This document shows, in pieces, positions 58,078 through 64,000 of a DNA stretch of 64,000 nt (the stretch's first letter is position 1; each line of letters begins with the position of its first letter). Below the pieces are notes generated by a model, which worked only from the letters and a program-made list of their open reading frames with translations, was not told where the DNA came from and searched no databases. The stretch is from assembly GCA_021789595.1 (NCBI GenBank), contig JAJYJJ010000004.1:66617-130616 (forward strand), in the 5' to 3' direction. The stretch is from Nitrospirota bacterium (GTDB lineage Bacteria > Nitrospirota > Thermodesulfovibrionia > UBA6902 > JAJYJJ01). Both the position numbers and the translations under genes were made by a program.

Positions 58078-60507
58078 TCAGATAATCAATAGGGAAAGAT
58101 TCCTGAATTCATCCTTTAGGTCTTTTGCCTCTCTTATGGTCATATCCCAGTAAGTCCTGACCTCTATCCTCCCATCTTCTTCCATTATCTGCACCTCGCC
58201 GTCTCTGTCTGTCTCATACAATGCCGCTCTTGTAAGGCTATACCTTTTAATGGTTTCGGGGTTGGGATGATTAAATGGATTGTACTTCCCAACGCTTGCA
58301 ACAGCTATTTTGGGCAACACTAAGGCAAGGAATTCCTCTGTACTTGATGTCCTTCCCCCATGATGAGGAACCTTTATTACATCGCTCTTGAGATGCCTTC
58401 CAAGAGATATAATACTGTCCTCTGCATCCTGTTCAATATCCCCTGGCAGAAGAACGGATATGCCCTTTCCATCAATCTTTAACACGAGGGATTCACTGTT
58501 CTGATTTGAATATAACCCCCTTGTTGATGAGCTATAGAATCCGCTATATGGATGCAGGCAATAGACAGAGTAACCTCTGCCCTGCATCATATCCCCCCTC
58601 TGCATAACCCTGCGGAATATCCTCTTCTCAGCAATGGCCATGTAGAGCTCCATCGCCTCTTTGTTGTCTCTGCCGTTGTCCCAGAACTCACCGACCTTGA
58701 AATTCCTCAGTATATAGAGAAGCCCTTTATAGTGGTCAGGATGGGGGTGGCTCATAACAACAAAATCCACTTTTTTAATGCCCCTATTCCATAGTTCAGG
58801 GGCAATAACCCTCCTTCCAATATCCATATCCTTTATACCGCCTCCATCAATAAGCATATTTCTTCCATCGGGAAGTTCAATGAGCGATGAATCACCCTGA
58901 CCAACATCGAAGAATGTAACCCTCAGGTCACCTCTGCCCTGAACAGGTATAAATATATAGAGTGCCATGGGAATAGCTATGGCAGCCTTCATCCACCATT
59001 TTCTACCTTTAACAAACAGGAATGCAGAGATGTAGTAAAACACAATGATAAATACAGAAGGCGATGGTATACGGAGGTTTGAATACGGGATGCTGGCAAA
59101 GGATCTTACCATCTTGATGGATATTCGTGATAATGTATCTATAATGCCCCCGAATGGAAGGACCTGGCTGTGAAGGACTATTGAAAGGATGCTGCTTAAA
59201 AGCCCCAGCGGCAGGACAAGGAAACAAACAAACGGCGTTATAATAAGGTTTGATATGGGTGAGATTAAGGAGAACTGGTGGAAGTTATATGCCATTATCG
59301 GTGCGGTGCCGAGGGTTGCAGATAGCGTTATGAGTATTGAGTCCTTCAGATAAAGCAGTGCCCTCTTCCACAGGTTTGCCTCACCATCAAATCCTCCCCA
59401 TCTTTCAAGTGTATATCCCATAAAGAACACGGCAAGGAAGGAAAGCTGAAATGAGACATCAAATATCGCCCACGGCTCTATCAAAAGGATTATAAGGGCA
59501 GCTATGCCAAGTGCATTCAACCATTGTCTCTGCCTTCCAATAAGAACTGCAATCATATAGAGGAATATCATTATAAAAGAACGAAGGGCAGGTATGCTCC
59601 CGCCTGAGAGCATCAGATAAAATATCAGGATGGGAAGGCTGAGCAGGAGCGCAAGTTGTGTTGGTGTAATATACATGGTAAGCCTGAGAAGTATCTTATG
59701 GGGAAGGGACTTTATGATGAATCTTATGAATAAGAGGATCAGAAAACTTAAAAGGCCAAAGTGCGTTCCTGAGATGCTGAGCAGGTGTGCAACCCCGGAT
59801 GCACTGAAGGCATCCCTTAACTCATCATCTATATTGCCCTGCCTTCCAATTATCATAGCCTCCATAAATGCTGAATTATCCTTATCAAATGACCTTTCAA
59901 AGACCTTGCTCAGATATTCCCTCTTTTCATATATCCACCTGCCTATAGTCTCTGCATTTTGTCTCTTTATTACCTCTATATTCTTTACAAAGCCCACGGC
60001 ATTAATGCCCTGTCTTTTCAGGTACTGCCCTGGATTATAGGAGCCTGTGTTGAGAAAACCCCTTGGCTCTTTTAACCTTGTCTGGGCAATAATACTGTCG
60101 CCTTTTGATATATCAACCCTGCCTTTAAAAGACAGCCTTATCCTATCAGAGAGGCCGGCAGATACATTAATCTCTCTGGCATCAAGGTCAAAGGAAGACC
60201 TGTCTCCGTGCACATCAGGATAGGATGCCACATCACCCCCTATGAAGAGTTCTGTATTAAGGGGATAAGATACCTGCCCATCTCTCATAGACAGGCTTCT
60301 TATGCCTGGATAGGCAATGCCGAGCATCAACAGGCATGAAAACAATACAATGGGGAATGGATGATTGGATAATCCTTTCTTTATTATCCCTTTATAAGGG
60401 ATCTCATATAGGAGGATGCTGATTATAACAGCCTTAACAGTATAGGGGAAATATGGCAGGAGGTAATAAAGAAAGACACCTGTGAGGAATGGCAGGGCAA
60501 TATTCAT
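58078..60507 (-). CDS. comEC: DNA internalization-related competence protein ComEC/Rec2
   Basis: Polytopic competence domain plus C-terminal metallo-beta-lactamase ('DFVVMSHPHPDHYKGL'). 809 aa. Confidence 0.85.
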   Translation of the reverse strand: MNIALPFLTGVFLYYLLPYFPYTVKAVIISILLYEIPYKGIIKKGLSNHPFPIVLFSCLLMLGIAYPGIRSLSMRDGQVSYPLNTELFIGGDVASYPDVHGDRSSFDLDAREINVSAGLSDRIRLSFKGRVDISKGDSIIAQTRLKEPRGFLNTGSYNPGQYLKRQGINAVGFVKNIEVIKRQNAETIGRWIYEKREYLSKVFERSFDKDNSAFMEAMIIGRQGNIDDELRDAFSASGVAHLLSISGTHFGLLSFLILLFIRFIIKSLPHKILLRLTMYITPTQLALLLSLPILIFYLMLSGGSIPALRSFIMIFLYMIAVLIGRQRQWLNALGIAALIILLIEPWAIFDVSFQLSFLAVFFMGYTLERWGGFDGEANLWKRALLYLKDSILITLSATLGTAPIMAYNFHQFSLISPISNLIITPFVCFLVLPLGLLSSILSIVLHSQVLPFGGIIDTLSRISIKMVRSFASIPYSNLRIPSPSVFIIVFYYISAFLFVKGRKWWMKAAIAIPMALYIFIPVQGRGDLRVTFFDVGQGDSSLIELPDGRNMLIDGGGIKDMDIGRRVIAPELWNRGIKKVDFVVMSHPHPDHYKGLLYILRNFKVGEFWDNGRDNKEAMELYMAIAEKRIFRRVMQRGDMMQGRGYSVYCLHPYSGFYSSSTRGLYSNQNSESLVLKIDGKGISVLLPGDIEQDAEDSIISLGRHLKSDVIKVPHHGGRTSSTEEFLALVLPKIAVASVGKYNPFNHPNPETIKRYSLTRAALYETDRDGEVQIMEEDGRIEVRTYWDMTIREAKDLKDEFRNLSLLII

Positions 60508-60534
60508 GTGAAAGGTATATCAAGGATAATCATT

Positions 60535-61881
60535 TTAGCCCATCTTCTGTCTTATTACCTTTGCAATGCCACTGGCAATATCCTTTATCTTTCTGGCATC
60601 TTTACCCTCGACCATTATCCTTATCGTTGGCTCGGTACCTGATGCCCTGACAAGCACCCTCCCATTGTTAAGGCCCTTCTCTGCATCCCTTATTGCGGTC
60701 TTTATCTCAGGGACACTGGAAATATCCATTTTTTCCTTAACCACTGCATTTATAAGTACCTGTGGATATAACTGTATTTTTGATGCAAGCCATGACAGTG
60801 GTTTATCCTTTGTCTTCATAATCGACAATACCTGAAGGGCTGTTATGATCCCATCTCCTGTAGTATTGTGGTCGAGGAAGATTACATGGCCTGACTGCTC
60901 TCCTCCAAGGTTGTATCCTCCTTTAAGCATCCTCTCAAGGACATATCTGTCACCAACCCTTGTCCTCAAAAGCCCTATCCCGGCCTTTTTGAGGGTCTTT
61001 TCAAAACCCATGTTACTCATAACTGTTGAGACGACTGTATCCTTTTTCAGTCTCCCTTCTTCCTTCATTGAAAGGGCACAGATTCCCATTACTTGATCGC
61101 CATCAACAACATTACCCCTTTCGTCGCACAGGATTGCTCTGTCAGCATCACCGTCATGGGCAATCCCTATATCTGCCTTATGCTCAAGGACTGCTTTTTG
61201 TATTGCCTCCGGGTGGGTAGAGCCGCATCCATCATTTATATTCAGCCCATTTGGCCTGTCGTTTATGGAGATGACATCTGCTCCAAGCTCTCTTAGAACC
61301 CACGGTGTTACCTTATATGCTGCACCATTGGCCGAATCAATAACTATCCTTATCCCATCAAGTGCCATCCCTTTTGGAAAGGTGGACTTTATATACTCTA
61401 TATATCTGCCTGATGCATCATCGACCCTGTATGCCTTCCCTATCTCAATGCCTGTAGGTCGCAATCTCTTGAATTTTTCAGAAAATGCCGCATCCTCTAT
61501 CCTTTTTTCCACATCATCTGGAAGTTTAAATCCGCCGGATGAGAAGAACTTTATGCCATTGTCATCATATGGGTTATGCGAGGCAGATATGACGATCCCT
61601 GCATCAACCCTGAGACTTCTTGTAATGAACGCTATACCAGGCGTTGGAAGCGGACCAACAAGCACTACATTCATCCCCATAGAACATATGCCAGATGTAA
61701 GGGCGCTCTCTATCATATAGCCAGAAAGCCTTGTATCCTTCCCTATAAGTATCATGTTCCTTCCATGCTCTTCCCTGAGTACATATGCTGCTGCCCTTCC
61801 TATCTTTAGGGCAACCTCACTTGTCATGGGATACTGGTTTGCCTTGCCCCTAATACCGTCGGTTCCAAAAATCCTCCTCAC
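60535..61881 (-). CDS. glmM: phosphoglucosamine mutase
   Basis: Active-site '[19 protein letters not shown]' and full-length GlmM homology. Confidence 0.9.
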   Translation of the reverse strand: MRRIFGTDGIRGKANQYPMTSEVALKIGRAAAYVLREEHGRNMILIGKDTRLSGYMIESALTSGICSMGMNVVLVGPLPTPGIAFITRSLRVDAGIVISASHNPYDDNGIKFFSSGGFKLPDDVEKRIEDAAFSEKFKRLRPTGIEIGKAYRVDDASGRYIEYIKSTFPKGMALDGIRIVIDSANGAAYKVTPWVLRELGADVISINDRPNGLNINDGCGSTHPEAIQKAVLEHKADIGIAHDGDADRAILCDERGNVVDGDQVMGICALSMKEEGRLKKDTVVSTVMSNMGFEKTLKKAGIGLLRTRVGDRYVLERMLKGGYNLGGEQSGHVIFLDHNTTGDGIITALQVLSIMKTKDKPLSWLASKIQLYPQVLINAVVKEKMDISSVPEIKTAIRDAEKGLNNGRVLVRASGTEPTIRIMVEGKDARKIKDIASGIAKVIRQKMG

Positions 61882-62516
61882 CTTCGCCTCCCAATAATGA
61901 CATTTATCCTGACCCCTTCTCTCCTCAATTTTATATTCCTTCCCCCCGTATCAAGGTTTATATCCTGTCTCAGGTCTTCCCTGAGCCCAGTTATATCAAC
62001 AGGTTCGGTCTTTATAGAATAGATACCCATAACCACACTCCTCGGTCCTTCGATATCAACCTTCCGCGGAGATATCTCTATTGCCTTAACCTCATATCCT
62101 GTCTCTGGTCTGCCTATAACTATAGGCATTACAACAACGGTCTTTTTAATAACTTCTTCAAGCCTTACCTTTACGGTATTTGGTGTTATCTTTGTTATAA
62201 CAACGCTTGATGGAAGATTTATATTCTTTGGCTGGAGTTTGAAATAGGACTCTCCTCTGTTTGCCTTGCTCAGGTCTATATAGGCATTTATATCTCCAGG
62301 CCTAAGAGACCTCAGTATCCTGTCCTGTCCTCTGACCCTGATGTCTATTTTCTTTGGGGTCTCATCAACAAGCTCAAGACTCAGAGGGATATTTTTTAAT
62401 TCTACCGGTATATCCATACCTATCTCTGAACGCCCCCTGAATGTAACAAACAGCCATAGTACAACGGCAAGGAAAAAGGCTGTGAGCTTTAGACCAATAT
62501 CCCGTGTAAGGTTCAT
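61878..62516 (-). CDS. cdaR: YbbR-domain protein (CdaR, regulator of diadenylate cyclase)
   Basis: N-terminal TM anchor plus YbbR-like repeats. Position between cdaA and glmM, with 4-nt overlaps on both sides. Confidence 0.65.
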   Translation of the reverse strand: MNLTRDIGLKLTAFFLAVVLWLFVTFRGRSEIGMDIPVELKNIPLSLELVDETPKKIDIRVRGQDRILRSLRPGDINAYIDLSKANRGESYFKLQPKNINLPSSVVITKITPNTVKVRLEEVIKKTVVVMPIVIGRPETGYEVKAIEISPRKVDIEGPRSVVMGIYSIKTEPVDITGLREDLRQDINLDTGGRNIKLRREGVRINVIIGRRR

Positions 62517-63283
62517 ACCTTCCTCCTCTTTTTTGATGGTGAAAGGATGGATGTCAGGTTGTCGCGCAGTGAAGACATATCAGGACTCTTTTCCAGCTTC
62601 CCGCCTACGGCAATAGAGATATCGCCTGTTTCCTCTGAAACAACAACGGCAACTGCGTCTGTTTCCTCTGTGAGGCCGAGTGCTGCCCTGTGCCTTGTGC
62701 CAAAGCTCTTGCTGACCTCAGTGGTTAAAGTCAACGGTAAGAAACAGCCCGCAGCAACAATCCTGTTGCCTCTTATTATTATTGCCCCGTCATGGATGGG
62801 AGAGGTCGGGTGGAATATGCTCAGCAGAAGCTCCTTGGAGACCCTTGCATCCAGGGGTGTGCCTACCTCTACAAAATCCTTCAGACTTGTCTCCCTTTCA
62901 ATTACTATCAGTGCTCCAAGCCTCCTGTTTGAAAGTGCAACAGAGCCCTTTACTATCTCCTCAAGTGATTTAAACTCCTCAAGTGAGGAGAGGCTTGAAA
63001 AAAAGGATGTCTCGCCCATATGTGCAAGCGCCCTCCTTATCTCAGGCTGGAAAAGCACTATAAGGACAATAACTATCTGAGACCAGAAGCTCTGGATAAG
63101 CCAATCTATGGTATAGAATTCGAAATATCGTGCTACCATAAAGGCTATCAGGAGAAGACCAAGCCCGATCAGCATCCTTGCTGCCTTTGTGCCCTTTATT
63201 ATCAGGAGGATGCGATACAGGATTATGGTAACAAGCAGTATGTCAACAACATCCTGCCACCTTAACTGTTTAAGAAGTTCCAA
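62513..63283 (-). CDS. cdaA: diadenylate cyclase CdaA
   Basis: N-terminal TM helices and DAC domain with 'DGAIIIRG' and 'GTRHRAALG' motifs. Confidence 0.85.
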   Translation of the reverse strand: MELLKQLRWQDVVDILLVTIILYRILLIIKGTKAARMLIGLGLLLIAFMVARYFEFYTIDWLIQSFWSQIVIVLIVLFQPEIRRALAHMGETSFFSSLSSLEEFKSLEEIVKGSVALSNRRLGALIVIERETSLKDFVEVGTPLDARVSKELLLSIFHPTSPIHDGAIIIRGNRIVAAGCFLPLTLTTEVSKSFGTRHRAALGLTEETDAVAVVVSEETGDISIAVGGKLEKSPDMSSLRDNLTSILSPSKKRRKV

Positions 63284-63316
63284 ACATTCCTCCAGGTCTA
63301 AGGCAGATGATCTTTA

Positions 63317-64000
63317 TTATATCAAATGTCCCTTTTTTATAGCATCTGCAACCCCCGCAACCCTTGACATTTCCTTTACATCATGCACCCGTATAATATT
63401 AGCGCCCTTCATGATGCCGATAGCAACGGTTGCTGCTGTTCCCTCGATCCTTTCTGCAGGAGGGAGACCACCAAGTATCCTACCGATAAAGGACTTTCTT
63501 GATGTCCCAAGCAGTAAGGGTTTCTCAAGCTGTGTAAATTCATCAAGATGTCTAATTATCTGGAGGTTGTGCTCAAGGGTCTTTCCAAAACCTATTCCAG
63601 GGTCTATAACAATCATGTCTCCTGCTACCCCGGCATCCTCAGCCCTTATTATCCCCTCTCTCAGATAATCCATGATCTCAGGTATAAGTGCATCATACCT
63701 TGGGTCATCCTGCATATCCTTTGGCGTCCCCTTCATGTGCATAATTACAACGGGGAGTTTATATCTTGCGGCTACCTCTGGCATCCTTCGGTCAAAATGC
63801 AGTCCGCTTATGTCGTTGATCATTGATGCCCCCGCATTGATGGCCTGCTCGGCAACAGAAGACCGATAGGTATCTATAGAGATAGGTATCCTGAGCCTCC
63901 CTGATAATGCAGTGATGACAGGAATAACCCTTTCTATCTCCTCATCCTCTGAGATCTCCTCAGCGCCTGGCCTTGTGGATTGCCCTCCGATGTCTATGAT
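63317..64000 (-). CDS. folP: dihydropteroate synthase (5' end beyond window)
   Basis: The in-frame translation continues upstream of the ORF-track Met to the window edge ('IIDIGGQSTRPGAEEI...INAGASMINDISG'). C-terminal pterin-binding region present. Confidence 0.8.
   Translation of the reverse strand: MIDIGGQSTRPGAEEISEDEEIERVIPVITALSGRLRIPISIDTYRSSVAEQAINAGASMINDISGLHFDRRMPEVAARYKLPVVIMHMKGTPKDMQDDPRYDALIPEIMDYLREGIIRAEDAGVAGDMIVIDPGIGFGKTLEHNLQIIRHLDEFTQLEKPLLLGTSRKSFIGRILGGLPPAERIEGTAATVAIGIMKGANIIRVHDVKEMSRVAGVADAIKKGHLI

Noticed and set aside
62547-63080. 177-aa plus-strand ORF opposite cdaA
   Set aside because: It is a shadow ORF inside the diadenylate cyclase gene.

Overview
This 64 kb window is a gene-dense chromosomal segment (roughly 45% GC) from what looks like an anaerobic bacterium. 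The evidence for anaerobic lifestyle is a rubredoxin, a flavodiiron protein, rubrerythrin-like and bacterioferritin-like proteins, an iron-sulfur flavoprotein, a multiheme c-type cytochrome, and Geobacter-type short pilins.

Most of the window is housekeeping:
- amino-acid and cofactor genes: hisD, proA, gpsA, gltX, trpC-trpB2-trpF, thiL, bioF-like, galU
- a phoH-pgpH-ybeY-dgkA operon, and queA, secD, yajC, ruvB, lon, hsp20, rimO, comEC, glmM
- c-di-AMP genes in the order folP-cdaA-cdaR-glmM
- two pairs of M16 peptidases and two CcdA paralogs

The stand-out region is a minus-strand operon of about 8.5 kb (about 2.1-10.6 kb). It begins at a sigma54-like promoter and encodes two paralogous truncated, aromatic-rich type IV pilins of the Geobacter PilA-N ('e-pilin') type. 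One pilin is followed by a small Ser/Thr-rich secreted PilA-C-like protein and an intrinsic terminator. Downstream lie a split ABC-2 exporter, a TMTC-like membrane glycosyltransferase with TPR repeats, a UbiA-family polyprenyl-phosphate phosphoribosyltransferase, and GT4 and GT9 glycosyltransferases. I read this as a candidate e-pilin plus pilin O-glycosylation and export module (analogy: P. aeruginosa TfpW with the decaprenyl-phosphate-arabinose pathway).

Other notable items:
- a GC-rich, codon-atypical segment (about 31.2-37.0 kb) flanking a tRNA-Lys(CTT); it carries a fused double M16 peptidase and a P-type ATPase
- a TlpA-CcdA-multiheme cytochrome c module with a possible non-canonical CX8CH site
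- a strong sigma70-like promoter feeding a leader about 170 nt long that ends in an intrinsic terminator only about 24 nt before the ribosome-binding site of a small unknown gene
- a phoH gene whose N-terminal domain has no in-frame canonical start (possible homopolymer frameshift)
- a DgkA-PAP2 fusion protein
- a trp sub-operon built around TrpB2 with no trpA nearby

No CRISPR array, rRNA, transposase or integrase was seen.
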